Program-made: the position numbers and the translations under genes
DNA from: Bacteroidia bacterium
GTDB lineage: Bacteria; Bacteroidota; Bacteroidia; SpSt-205
DNA length: 64,000 bases
NCBI GenBank assembly: GCA_026414975.1
Contig: JAOAHZ010000001.1
Coordinates: forward strand, 326,086 to 390,085
Direction: 5' to 3'
Shown: positions 18,457 through 29,200 of the stretch, piece after piece
How positions within the stretch are numbered: the stretch's first letter is position 1
Layout of the letters: every line of letters begins with the position of its first letter
The notes under the pieces: model-generated
Seen by the model: the letters and a program-made list of their open reading frames with translations, nothing else
Told to the model about the DNA's origin: nothing
Databases searched by the model: none

Positions 18457-19086
18457 CTGAATAGAAGCCCTGCGATTTCTCATTTCTGGCGTCTTAGCCG
18501 AATCACGCAGCGCCTGCTCGGAGCCTATATTCCTCCTTGCAGGGGAGCCAGATCGGTTTTTCTCACTTTTGACGATGGTCCGACTCCTTACACGCCCTTT
18601 CTTATAGAGCTGCTGGCAGAATATGGACTGCAGGCTACGTTTTTCTGGACTTGGAGCCGCTACTCGGACAAAGTCATTCCTTCACTCCTTCCTCACCTCT
18701 GGGTGCACCATCATAAAGTCGCTTTACATGGGCTGGTTCATCTCAGTGCTTGGCGGGAAGCAGTCAGGGTTTCAGACCTTCGGCGAGCTATCCACCTTTG
18801 GAAAAAAGCAGGTGTGCCGCTCGTACCTGCTTATCGTCCGCCTTATGGGCACCTTTGGCCCCTGTTTTTATCGAGGTATCTTCACTTAGTATTTTGGGAC
18901 CTGATGCCCCCCGACTACCTACCGACAAAGGGCTGGGAAAGAGAACTTTTGGGACGCTTACGGCCCGGCGATGTGGTCGTCCTACACGAACATGCCCACA
19001 ATCGAAAACGGTGGCGTTCTCTTTTTAGCGCCTTCGTTTCCGAGGGGTGGCAGTCGGCGGCCCTACCGTTGGCGGTTCTGGAATAA
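18457..19086 (+). CDS. Polysaccharide deacetylase (NodB/CE4)
   Basis: In frame upstream of the track ORF: VFLTFDDGP and ATFF; then HGLVH, YRPPYG, VVVLHE. No ATG/GTG/TTG precedes TFDDGP, so CTG 18457 is proposed. Confidence 0.85.
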   Translation: MNRSPAISHFWRLSRITQRLLGAYIPPCRGARSVFLTFDDGPTPYTPFLIELLAEYGLQATFFWTWSRYSDKVIPSLLPHLWVHHHKVALHGLVHLSAWREAVRVSDLRRAIHLWKKAGVPLVPAYRPPYGHLWPLFLSRYLHLVFWDLMPPDYLPTKGWERELLGRLRPGDVVVLHEHAHNRKRWRSLFSAFVSEGWQSAALPLAVLE

Positions 19087-20386
19087 TAGGAGGTAGCTTG
19101 TCCATAGGTAGATAAAAAGGCACAAACTTTGGAATGATGTAGGGTAAAATCACAAGGTAAGAGCGCTGCCAGGCTTTTTCTCCTTCCATATAAAGTCCCC
19201 AGTCATCGCCGATCTCAGGGTTTATTTCGCCTTGAAGTTTGATCCGCAGCTTCATTCCTGGAAACACCCGATAGCCCCAGAGCTGATTCCATCGTACGAT
19301 TTGATAGGGGGATACACGGTACTCTCGGGCTATTCTGTATAGGCTCTCCCCTGGACGAACGGTATGCCATAGGATACCTTTAGATGTGCTATAGGTCTGA
19401 CTGACAGGCTGCAGCATCAGCTCTCCTCGTTCCATGCGGATTATCGCTTCTGAGACTTCGTGCGCAGCTACTGTAGGTACTCTCAAGATATACCCCGCAG
19501 GAACGATATCCGCCCTTAGCTCGGCGTTGTAGAACTTGAGCCAAGCCAGCGGGACACGCGCCGCTGATGCTATAATAGAAAGTCGGGTGCGTATGGGACA
19601 GAAAACCGTATCAACTTCTCGCGGTATATCGGGGAAGATAGGCTGGATACCATGAGCTTGAGCGTAATTCATTACGTAGCAAGCTGCAATAAAAGCTGGC
19701 ACATAACCGCGCGTTTCAATGGGTAGGTAGGGAGCGATTTCCCAGTAGTTAGTGCGTCCGCCCGATCGCTTGATAGCTCGTACCACGCCCGCTGTACCGC
19801 AGTTGTAGGCAGCTATCACCAGCAGCCAGTCTCCTAATATCTGATAGCTGTCTCGAAGATACCGAGCCGCAGCATGCGTAGATTTGACCAGGTCATAACG
19901 TTCATCTATGATCCGATCCACACGCAGTCCATAGAGCCGCCCTGTGGCAGGGATAAACTGCCATATGCCTGCCGCAGCCATAGGGGATAGTGCCTCGGGA
20001 ATAAAAGCACTCTCTATAACGGGAAGGTATTGAAGCTCCGGAGGGAGTCCATAGGCGCGTAGGATCGGCTCTATAACAGGCAAATAGTAATCAGCTAGCC
20101 CCAGAAGCTGAGCAGAGAGCGATGTTTGTTTGTAAAGGTACATGTAGGTGAACTGAAGGCTGATGGGGTTAGCCTCCAAGGGTATGGTGGTATGCAGGGC
20201 TTGGAGCCGCTCTTCAAATTCCTCCGGGCTAAGGGGGGTGGGTTCTGCAAACATGGGGGACATGTCACCCCCATCTCGCTGCCAAGCGAGATAAGCTCGC
20301 ATGAGGCTATCCATCGCTGCCAAGCGGGATGACCAGTTTTGCCCCCATACAAGGGCCCAGCTACTGAGCCAGAGTATCCAACGCAT
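19025..20386 (-). CDS. MltD-like lytic transglycosylase (SLT + LysM)
   Basis: LPVIES, AAGIWQFIP, AAYNCG, ETRGYVP; LysM HTVRPGESLYRIA; signal MRWILWLSSWALVWGQ. Confidence 0.92.
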   Translation of the reverse strand: MRWILWLSSWALVWGQNWSSRLAAMDSLMRAYLAWQRDGGDMSPMFAEPTPLSPEEFEERLQALHTTIPLEANPISLQFTYMYLYKQTSLSAQLLGLADYYLPVIEPILRAYGLPPELQYLPVIESAFIPEALSPMAAAGIWQFIPATGRLYGLRVDRIIDERYDLVKSTHAAARYLRDSYQILGDWLLVIAAYNCGTAGVVRAIKRSGGRTNYWEIAPYLPIETRGYVPAFIAACYVMNYAQAHGIQPIFPDIPREVDTVFCPIRTRLSIIASAARVPLAWLKFYNAELRADIVPAGYILRVPTVAAHEVSEAIIRMERGELMLQPVSQTYSTSKGILWHTVRPGESLYRIAREYRVSPYQIVRWNQLWGYRVFPGMKLRIKLQGEINPEIGDDWGLYMEGEKAWQRSYLVILPYIIPKFVPFYLPMDKLPPIIPEPPTVGPPTATPRKRRR

Positions 20387-21755
20387 ACGCTGCTGCAAAT
20401 AAGCGATTTTCAGCAAATAAGCCCCCCATCACTTGAAGCCCTATAAATCCTTGTAGGGGTATTTGTAAAGCTGGATGGCCGGTAAGGTTAGCATACACGG
20501 TGAGGAGGTCAGACAAATACATTTGAATAGGGTCCTGGGTTTTTTCTCCTAAGCGGAAGGGAGGGGTGGCACTGGTGGGCATCGCTATAACATCATAGCG
20601 CTGCAGGAGGGATTCAGTGTAATCGTATAGCAGTCGTCGCACTTTCTGGGCTCGAGTATAATACGCGTCGTAGTAGCCCGTTGAGAGCACAAAGGTGCCA
20701 AGGAGAATACGCCGCTTTACTTCTCTGCCAAAACCTTCACTGCGCGAGCGAGCATATAAACTTTCTATAGAGGAGGCCTCCTGAGTACGATAACCATAGC
20801 GTACTCCATCATACCGAGCTAAGTTAGAAGAGGCTTCAGCTGTCGTGAGGATGTAATAAGTGGGGATCAGATAATCCCAGTAGGGAAAATCTACGCTTTC
20901 CACCTCCATCCCTGCATTATGGAGCTTATTTATGAGCGAGTGGAAGGCGGTTTCTACTTCAGAGTGCAAGCCCTTAGGGAGCAGAAAAGCCCATCGTTTG
21001 GGCGGGGGCATTTCATGGGAGAAGGGTTCAAGGCTAATCGAGGCTGTGGTAGCATCCTTCGGGTCAAAACCGGCTATCACTTCATACACGGCGATGAGTT
21101 CTTGGAGGGAAGGGGCGATGGGGCCGATCTGGTCAAAAGAGGAGGCGTAGGCTATGAGCCCATACCGAGAAACACGGCCGTAAGTGGGCTTGAGCCCATA
21201 AAGGCCGCAAAAGGCGGCTGGCTGCCGAATAGAACCTCCCGTATCGCTGCCGAGAGCGACATGACAAAATCCAGCGGCCGCAGCAGCCGCTGACCCGCCT
21301 GAGGAGCCACCTGGTACATACCCTTCCAGTAGAGGATGCTGTACAGGCCCATAAGCTGAGTTCTCGTTGGATGAGCCCATCGCAAATTCATCGCAGTTAG
21401 CTCGTCCGATGCATATGGCTCCAGCGTTTCGCAGCCGTTCAATAACGGTCGCATCAAAAGGGGAGACATAACCTTCTAATATGCGGGAGGCTGCCCCTAA
21501 GCGATGACCAGCTACCGCTATGTTGTCTTTATGAACATAAACCAGCCCTGCCAGGGGAGGAAGGGGCTGACCTCGCTGATAGAGTTTATCCCAGTTCTGC
21601 GCCGCTTCTATGGCTTCGGTATCATACACTTCCAACAAGGCATTTAGGCGAGGGTTATCAGAGTAGATTTTCTGCAGAAAGCTTTCTACCCTCTCGGTAA
21701 ATGTTGTATCCCCTCGCTCTACGGCGCGACGCAGTGCATAGTAAGAGTGGTTCAT
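20361..21755 (-). CDS. gatA: Asp/Glu-tRNA amidotransferase subunit A
   Basis: KDNI, GGSSGGS, GSDTGGSIRQPA, EASSNLARYDG, EVKRRILLG. Confidence 0.96.
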   Translation of the reverse strand: MNHSYYALRRAVERGDTTFTERVESFLQKIYSDNPRLNALLEVYDTEAIEAAQNWDKLYQRGQPLPPLAGLVYVHKDNIAVAGHRLGAASRILEGYVSPFDATVIERLRNAGAICIGRANCDEFAMGSSNENSAYGPVQHPLLEGYVPGGSSGGSAAAAAAGFCHVALGSDTGGSIRQPAAFCGLYGLKPTYGRVSRYGLIAYASSFDQIGPIAPSLQELIAVYEVIAGFDPKDATTASISLEPFSHEMPPPKRWAFLLPKGLHSEVETAFHSLINKLHNAGMEVESVDFPYWDYLIPTYYILTTAEASSNLARYDGVRYGYRTQEASSIESLYARSRSEGFGREVKRRILLGTFVLSTGYYDAYYTRAQKVRRLLYDYTESLLQRYDVIAMPTSATPPFRLGEKTQDPIQMYLSDLLTVYANLTGHPALQIPLQGFIGLQVMGGLFAENRLFAAAYALDTLAQ

Positions 21756-21949
21756 TCTAAGGTTTTTTCCTTCGTGGGAAGGGGCTCTTCTTTACGGGAT
21801 CGGTCGCTCCCATCGCTTCGCATGGCTTCACGGAACTCCCGGATACTGGCTCCCAAGCCCCGAGCCAACTCGGGTAGCTTGCGTCCTCCGAATAGAAGCA
21901 GCAAAACGGCGAAAATCAAAAGCCACTCCCCATATCCAAGCCCAAACAT
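21752..21949 (-). CDS. tatA: Twin-arginine translocase TatA/E
   Basis: LLLFGGRKLPELARGLG..IREFR. Confidence 0.95.
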   Translation of the reverse strand: MFGLGYGEWLLIFAVLLLLFGGRKLPELARGLGASIREFREAMRSDGSDRSRKEEPLPTKEKTLE

Positions 21950-21975
21950 GCGTCAAAGCTACGCATTTTTGTCCG
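21950..21975. promoter_or_regulatory. 26-nt symmetric bidirectional promoter
   Basis: 4 nt + TAGCTTTG(-) + 2 nt + CATTTTTG(+) + 4 nt fills the whole tatA/nspC spacer. Confidence 0.65.
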
Positions 21976-23100
21976 ATGCTGCCCTCTCCAGCCTTTATCA
22001 TAGAGCGGACCAAAGTGCGCGATAACCTGACCTGCCTTCGCCGTGTCAAAGAGTCAGCCCAAATACAACTGCTTTTTGCTCTAAAGGGCTTCGCTCTACC
22101 CGCTCTGATGCCAGATATCCTTCAAGTAGCCGATGGAGTCGCTGCCAGCTCTTTGAACGAGGCTTTACTTGGGTATCTCCATAGTCGGAAGCCTGTTCAT
22201 CTCTACGCCCCGGCGTATCGGCCGTCGGATGTGCCCGAACTAATACCCATTACGAGCACATGGATTTTCAATTCTTTAGAAGCCTATCATCGCTGGGTTG
22301 CTCATCTGCCTGAGTCTATGGAGATCGGTCTGCGAGTCAATCCTCATTATGGCTACGCTGGGGCTGATATATATAACCCGGGTCGTCCGGGCTCTCGTTT
22401 AGGCGTACCGCCTACAGCGACGACTCAGCCCCTTCCTTCTCGTATTACGGGACTCCATGTACATACTTTATGTGAAGCTAATGCGGAGGCTTTCGCCGTC
22501 CTTATACAATCTCTCTTGGAACAGTTTGCCCCTTGGCTGCATTCCATTCGCTGGCTAAACTTGGGTGGGGGGCACCTCATCACTCGAGTGGGCTACGACA
22601 TAGACCTGTTTATAGAGACCATCCATCACCTAAGAAAGCGATTGCCCCATTTAGAGCGCCTATCTATAGAACCCAGCGCTGCGTTTGTCTGGGAGGCTGG
22701 GTACCTCCAGGCCCAAGTGCTAGATATTACCGAAACCGCTGGGCGCCAATGGGCAATGTTAGATGTCTCCTTCACAGCTCACATGCCTGACACTTTAGAA
22801 ATGCCCTACAAGCCTATTATTCGTGAAGCTCTACCTCATCCTGATTTCGCGTATCACACTTATTGGATGGGTGGGGTTACCTGTCTGGCTGGGGATGAGA
22901 TGGGGCCTTACAGCTTTGTCAGGCCGCTGGAGCTGGGGCAGACCTTGACTTTCCATGATATGGCCCATTACACTTTCGTCAAGACAACTCTCTTCAATGG
23001 CGTGGCCCACCCCGCCTTGGTAGTGAAAGAAGAGAACGGCTATCGGATAGTCAAAGCATTTGATTTTGAAGATTATAGGCGTCGGCTAAGCAACGGATAG
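21976..23100 (+). CDS. nspC: Carboxynorspermidine decarboxylase
   Basis: ALKGF, ASSLNEA, HVHTLCE, NLGGGH, HMPDTLEMPY, CLAGD, HYTFVKTTLFNG. Confidence 0.94.
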   Translation: MLPSPAFIIERTKVRDNLTCLRRVKESAQIQLLFALKGFALPALMPDILQVADGVAASSLNEALLGYLHSRKPVHLYAPAYRPSDVPELIPITSTWIFNSLEAYHRWVAHLPESMEIGLRVNPHYGYAGADIYNPGRPGSRLGVPPTATTQPLPSRITGLHVHTLCEANAEAFAVLIQSLLEQFAPWLHSIRWLNLGGGHLITRVGYDIDLFIETIHHLRKRLPHLERLSIEPSAAFVWEAGYLQAQVLDITETAGRQWAMLDVSFTAHMPDTLEMPYKPIIREALPHPDFAYHTYWMGGVTCLAGDEMGPYSFVRPLELGQTLTFHDMAHYTFVKTTLFNGVAHPALVVKEENGYRIVKAFDFEDYRRRLSNG

Positions 23101-24259
23101 TCCCCAAAACCTCTAAGTCAGTACGATAGGAAGACCAAGGAGCGGGTAGCGCTTTTTGCCTTTGTGTTACGCGAAAGACTGTGAAATCCAACGGATACCC
23201 CTCTTGGACGGTGGATGGCCCTAATCCGAAGAGGTGTCGCGGTAACTCTGCGAGAACCTTTACAAGGGAGGATAGGCCCTGCTGCTCACCTAAGGCCCTT
23301 TGAAGAAGGGACGCAGCTATAGGAGCCAGTATCCCTAAAGTAGGATGCCCTACACTGGCGGCAGACCACTCTAAGAGCTTCTCTTCCGGCGGGGGATTCA
23401 TATCCCACGAAGCTAAGAGGATAGATGAATGCTCTAAGGCGCTACAGAGCACCTGCTGATCTTGTGAGCTGCGTAAAGGCGGATGAAGCTTCCAAACGGG
23501 GTCATATCCCAATAAATTCTCTGCATGGGCTGCAACATAGCTTATTGCTGTGAAGGCAGGTATGCCGTACTGCTGAGTCAGCTGAGCTCCTTCTGCTGTA
23601 GTAATAGGACCCACGATGATTCGCCCCCCATGTCTGCGATACAGGGCTGCTATCGCATGAATAGCTACGGTCTCTGCATAAGGAGGAATGCCTTTCCACC
23701 CCGACAGAGCTAGTTCTGGTGTCTCGGGAACCCCCGTTTCTCCTGAAGCGCCCTCCCAATAGGGCAAAAGAAACAAAGGCCCACCTACATAGCGGATGTA
23801 GGGAATAGCTTTATCTAAAGTATCCCAAGGTATGTAGCGAAGAGGAGGCAGAGACCACCCAAAAGCTCCTTCAGCTCGGAGGCTCTCTATCGGGGCAATG
23901 CGGTTTGTTTCATCAGCCCAAGCCGCTAAGAGATGCACATAAACTCCACTATATTGCGTTTCGTGGCGAATTTGAGCAAGAAGAGCAGGATCGTGCCAAC
24001 CGTGCCATCCTCCCAAAAATACATGAGTGATACCCCCGCGCTTGGCTCGCTCCAACGCCTGTTGAATACTCTCAGCCGGTGCCGTCTGAGGTTGCCATGT
24101 CCATGTCCCGATATCTACCCACCCTGGCGACAATTCAGCCCGAGCCTCCTCCTGAGCTAAATACACTTTTTCCACGCCCCTCTCTTCCAGTTCCAAAAAG
24201 ACCGTCTGTTGATGCCAGCGAGAAGAAGGAGATATGAGGCGCACCGGACCAAATCGCAC
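23051..24259 (-). CDS. Dihydroorotase-like amidohydrolase, probably inactive
   Basis: LSPGWVD, GGIT, AETVAI, KLHPPLRS; the HxH and DHAP metal ligands are absent. Confidence 0.75.
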   Translation of the reverse strand: MRFGPVRLISPSSRWHQQTVFLELEERGVEKVYLAQEEARAELSPGWVDIGTWTWQPQTAPAESIQQALERAKRGGITHVFLGGWHGWHDPALLAQIRHETQYSGVYVHLLAAWADETNRIAPIESLRAEGAFGWSLPPLRYIPWDTLDKAIPYIRYVGGPLFLLPYWEGASGETGVPETPELALSGWKGIPPYAETVAIHAIAALYRRHGGRIIVGPITTAEGAQLTQQYGIPAFTAISYVAAHAENLLGYDPVWKLHPPLRSSQDQQVLCSALEHSSILLASWDMNPPPEEKLLEWSAASVGHPTLGILAPIAASLLQRALGEQQGLSSLVKVLAELPRHLFGLGPSTVQEGYPLDFTVFRVTQRQKALPAPWSSYRTDLEVLGTIRCLADAYNLQNQML

Positions 24260-24423
24260 TCAACAAAGATGAACAAACTCCCATGCAAGCGATATGTGGC
24301 CTATCTCAAGACAGAGACCATGAGTAAAGCTGACGCCGAGAGAAAAACGCCTCTATTCCTTTCGGTAGGCGTAGAGCCTTCTCAATATGCAGAGAATAAC
24401 TGCCCTATATGTTTATTTGTGGG

Positions 24424-24822
24424 ATGCGGCTTCTCATCGCGGCACTTGCCATCGGACTCGTACTTACCCTCTTGCTGATTAACCTGGGGGAGGAGATGAC
24501 CATATACACCGATTTTCAGACGGCGGCAAGCCAGCCGTCCAAAACCTTTCATGTCGTGGCGGAGTGGGTAGATAGGGAGAATAGCTATTACGATCCCTCG
24601 CAGGACGTCTTTCATTTCAGAGCTAAGGATACCCTAGGAACGGTTCGTTGGGTGCAGTATCCTGACCCGAAACCCATAAACTTTGACGCAGCCCAACGAA
24701 TAGTTTTGATTGGACATCATCAAGATACAGTCTTCTTTGCCGAGAAGATTCTCATGAAATGCCCTTCTAAGTACAAGGAGCCCTCTGCTCAAGTTTCCAG
24801 TTCCATGGCTCGTCCCGAATAA
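24424..24822 (+). CDS. ccmE: Cytochrome c maturation heme chaperone CcmE (CxxxY type)
   Basis: N-terminal TM, FFAEKILMKCPSKY; start ATG 24424. Confidence 0.85.
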   Translation: MRLLIAALAIGLVLTLLLINLGEEMTIYTDFQTAASQPSKTFHVVAEWVDRENSYYDPSQDVFHFRAKDTLGTVRWVQYPDPKPINFDAAQRIVLIGHHQDTVFFAEKILMKCPSKYKEPSAQVSSSMARPE

Positions 24823-24929
24823 GCGGTTAGCTCGTCCTCCACTTGTAAGGGGGCTGTTCGGGCTGCCTCTGTCCTGCGGTTAGCGATGAGCTGCTCTCAG
24901 AAGACCGTGGCATACCCTAACTTCGCCTT

Positions 24930-26180
24930 GTGTCGGAATGGATAGCCTCCCTGCGAGTCCGCGGGTTAGTTCAGGACCATACTCCCCTTCCTGACAGGCC
25001 AGAGGCGTTGGGAGCTATGTACGTGGGGATAGACCCTACGGCGGATTCTCTGCATATTGGGCATTTAGCTCCGCTTCAGCTTCTCTATCATTTAGCTCAG
25101 CTGGGAATTCATCCTATAGTAGTGATTGGTGGGGCAACGGCACGTGTCGGGGACCCCTCTGGAAGAAAATCTGAGCGGCCGCTTCTGCCCCCTGAAGTGG
25201 TTCAGCAAAATGCCCAAAAGATCGCAGCGCAGGTTCAGCGTCTTCTCCCCTTCCCCTTCACTCTTTTAGATAACTATGAGTGGATAGGAGGGCTATCTCT
25301 TTTAGACTTTCTCCGAGAAGTAGGAAAGTTCATCACCGTAAGCTATCTTCTGTCAAAGGAAACGGTTCTCTCTCGCTTGGAGAGTGGTATTTCCTTCACG
25401 GAATTTTCTTATCCGCTTTTACAGGCTTATGACTTTTACTACTTATGCCGCCATAGAGGGTGTAGGCTTCAAATAGGTGGGGCGGATCAGTGGGGCAATA
25501 TAACGACGGGGATAGAACTTATTCGTAAGCTCACAGGAGAGGAAGTCTATGGGCTTACCTGTCCGCTGCTGACTCGAGCAGATGGAACCAAATTTGGCAA
25601 GAGCGATTCGGGGGATAACATCTGGTTAGACCCGACCAAGACCTCTCCCTATAAGTTTTACCAGTTCTGGTTCAATCAAAGTGACGCCGATATACCTATG
25701 CTCTTGAAGGTATTTAGCTGGAGGCCTCTTCAGGAGATTCAGGCGATCTTAGAGGACCAAGCTAAGACACCTGAGCGACGGTTGGCTCAGCGCACCTTAG
25801 CGTATGAAATGACCGCTCGCGTTCATGGAGAGGACATAGCTCAAAGCGTTCAGCGAGCATCAGAGGTAGTTTTTGGAGCAGGGGATTTGGCTGAGTTGGA
25901 GCGGTTGCCGGCGACGCTGTTAGAGGCCATAGCTAATGATATGCCTCATTACACCTGGGCTGAACCTAACCTGCCAGTGTTAGATATCTTGGTAAGAATT
26001 GGTTTTCTCCGATCTAAATCAGAGGGTCGCCAGCTTCTCCTGCAGGGAGGGCTTTCCGTTAATCGTCAGCGAATCGCTGATGAAAGGCAAACCTTGGCAG
26101 CTATTCCTCCGCTTCGAGGACGCTACTGGCTCATCCAGCGCGGCAAGAAGCATTTAGCCTGGCTATCTATCTTGACTTGA
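24930..26180 (+). CDS. tyrS: Tyrosine--tRNA ligase
   Basis: YVGIDPTADSLHIGH, QIGGADQWGNI, KFGKS, C-terminal S4. Confidence 0.97.
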   Translation: MSEWIASLRVRGLVQDHTPLPDRPEALGAMYVGIDPTADSLHIGHLAPLQLLYHLAQLGIHPIVVIGGATARVGDPSGRKSERPLLPPEVVQQNAQKIAAQVQRLLPFPFTLLDNYEWIGGLSLLDFLREVGKFITVSYLLSKETVLSRLESGISFTEFSYPLLQAYDFYYLCRHRGCRLQIGGADQWGNITTGIELIRKLTGEEVYGLTCPLLTRADGTKFGKSDSGDNIWLDPTKTSPYKFYQFWFNQSDADIPMLLKVFSWRPLQEIQAILEDQAKTPERRLAQRTLAYEMTARVHGEDIAQSVQRASEVVFGAGDLAELERLPATLLEAIANDMPHYTWAEPNLPVLDILVRIGFLRSKSEGRQLLLQGGLSVNRQRIADERQTLAAIPPLRGRYWLIQRGKKHLAWLSILT

Positions 26181-26195
26181 AAGCTGCAAAAGCCT

Positions 26196-26203
26196 TATCT
26201 TTG
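26196..26203 (+). promoter_or_regulatory. -7 element TATCTTTG
   Basis: Exact TAnnTTTG, 7 nt before ATG 26211. Confidence 0.65.
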
Positions 26204-26210
26204 CGAAAGT

Positions 26211-29200
26211 ATGCCTAACCGCCTGCACTACTCTCTGCTGGTTGTAGGACTCCTCTGGGCTCAGTTGAATGGCACTTATACTATTGGCTCTGGAGGAGAT
26301 TACAATACGATACAAGACGCTCTTAATGCCCTCGCCTCCCAGGGGGTATCGGGGAATGTAGTCTTTCAAATCCTACCCTCTTACACAGGGGAAGATATCA
26401 ATACCGTCAATTGTCTTATTGTCAATCCTTACTCAGGCATGGGTACCCACAATGTAACCCTAACCGTGCATCCAACCCGAACGACCATAGCCGAAGTGGC
26501 CTTGGATCCCTCTTCTTTGTCATCGGAGCGTTTTGTTTTACGATTCAATGGCATTAATAACTTTACGATAGATGGGGGACCTAATCGCCTCTTGCGTTTT
26601 CGGGTCGGCTCCCCCGATGTGGGTTTGGGGGTGATCGGACTCATACCCACTGGTCCTAATCCTTGTCGGAATATCACAATCAAGAATATAGAAGTAGATG
26701 GTGGAAGCAAGAGTCAGACGAGGGTGGGAATCTATCTTGGGTCGGCCACCTCTTTTCCAGGAGCCCCTACCGTGGGGGGAAATCATAACAACCGTATAGA
26801 AAACTGCTGGATATATCGGGTTCAAGAGGGGGTTATTTTGCATGGAAGTTCTGCCAGCACGAGGGACATTGGCAATACCATATTGAGGTGCAAAATCGGT
26901 CATCCTAACTTAGTGCGTAGCTGGGGTGGCGGTGGTGATTATCGCTCTGGCATTGTGGCCGTTCATCAGGATGGGCTGCGTATAGAACGAGACACCATTT
27001 TCAATGCTAGTAGTGACCAAAACTATGGATTCTCAGGTATCCTACTGGGAGCTCCTCCTGGATCAACCGTCTTTCCCACCTCAACAATGCCTTGCGTCAA
27101 TACACACATAGCAGCAAACTGGATTCATAGCTTAGAGTATTCTGGCACAGGGGGATGGGACGTCAATGGTATGCGCGTCTATGTAGGAAGTGTCACGAAC
27201 GCCAACGTATTCATCTACAATAACTTCATTGCTGGCATCATTGCAGATGGATTTAGCTCCCCAGGTGGTTCGTGGAATGCCTATGGAATTTTACTTCAGG
27301 GCTCTTCTAATGCCAACGCTGGAATTTATGTGTATCACAACTCTATCCACCTATATGGCACTCCTTCTACAAACTCCCCTCCCTCCACCTCTACTCCTTC
27401 CTGTATAGCGATTCGGTCGGGCATCACCGGAGGTGTGTATATTCGCAATAACATTTTGCAAAACGCGCAAACTCCTGCGGGGACCGCTTTGCCCACCCGT
27501 ACTACGGTGGCGATTGCCTATGAGGGCTCCAGCCCCAGTGTGTTTGCCGAGTTAGACAATAACGCCTACTATGTAAGCAACGCAAATGGGGCAAGCTATG
27601 CTTTTGTAGGGGCTTTAGGTACAAATCGCTATGCTACAATCGCTGCGTGGCGTACGGCGGTTGGTGGGGGACGTGAGCAGAATAGCATCCAGCTTGCCAG
27701 TCCTTTGCCCTTCGTTTCTACTACGGACCTACACTTACCTCTCTCAGCTGCTGAACTCCCAGTTGAAGGAGGAGGGGTCTTTATTACCTCTCCATTGAGT
27801 ATCAATACAGATATAGACGGCGAGTCTCGCCCTATTGGAACGCCTACAGGTCCCGATATTGGAGCAGATGAGATGCTGGTGCCTCCTTGTCCGAGCTCTA
27901 TCACAGCTGGGACACTCAGCATAACTCCGGCCAGTGTGGAGGCGGGGTTACAAAGCTTTACGATTACGGCGGCTGGCCCTGTTACCCTTCCCGCTGAGTG
28001 GCAAATATCCATCAATGGAGGTCCATGGACTACTCTTCAGCCTTATCAGGCTTCAGCTCCCAGCATTACATACACGCCTCAGCAGGCGGGTACTTATGAG
28101 TTTCGGATTGTAGCGCGGGTGGCTCGGTATCATCAGACCTGCCCTGGTCTTCAAAATGATACTTCTGCTGCTGTCTCCGGCGTAGCTACCTGTCCCTCCA
28201 ACCTTAGCACCGGCACGATCTCAACCAGTACCACGAGTCAGCCTGCGGGGAATCCATTTACTATCACATCAACGGGGCCTGTAAGTCTTCCTGCTCAGTG
28301 GGAAGATTCCAGTGCCGCTGGCGGATGGAATGTAGTGGCTCCCTACTCAGGTTCTACCTTCAACTACACGCCCTCATCCCCTGGCACCTACTACCTTAGG
28401 TTAGCTGCTTTACCCCCCACTGGCTGCTCAGGTTCCCCTTTATACTCTAATGTGCTTGTTTTGACTGCCACTGCCACTGGCAATACCATATTAGACCCTC
28501 TAAACATTACTCCTCAGACCCCTACCCGCACCGATACCACTGTAAGCGGAGACCTTAGTTTGCCCCCTTTTACCGATACTTATACGGGCCCTAGCAATCG
28601 CCCCACCCCAGATATATTCTTCATGTATATCCTGCGGGAATGCTTGGACTCTATCCGCATAACTACCTGTCCTACGCAGCCTCCTAATCATGATACTTAC
28701 CTTCATGTTATTCACAAGAGAACTGGACGAACCCTTTATACGGACGGCGGGCGTTGCAACTTTCTCAACCAAGCTGAGATTTTCGCCTTTCATGATCCGG
28801 CTGCGACAGGAAGCCAGAATGTCACCAGCACAACGAGCTATCGGGCTGGAATGCGTTTAGCGGCTAATGATACTCTCATTATTGTGGTAGAGCACTGGTT
28901 TTCTACGTATGTAGGGCCATTTGTCTTACAAGTACAAGAGTTTCGTTATAACCCACTCAACCAGCCTACTCTGCCCAATCCTCCCTTCTTTGGCTCTGAT
29001 ACCAGTCGAGTCTGCTGGCGGGGGGGCACGGCTTATGATACCCTTAGTACGGGCATTAATGTGCCGGGCATCATTCATAGGTGGTACCGGAATGGGCAGC
29101 TCGTACCTGGAATAGATACATCCGTATTTATACCTCAATTCACACGCCCTGGAGTAGATACCATAGTTGTAGAGCTACGCTCAGCCTCTACCTCATACTG

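Noticed and set aside
24823-24917. T-box or leader before tyrS (GCGGTTAGC occurs twice)
   Set aside because: No T-box consensus, and a -7-like box lies 4 nt from the start codon.
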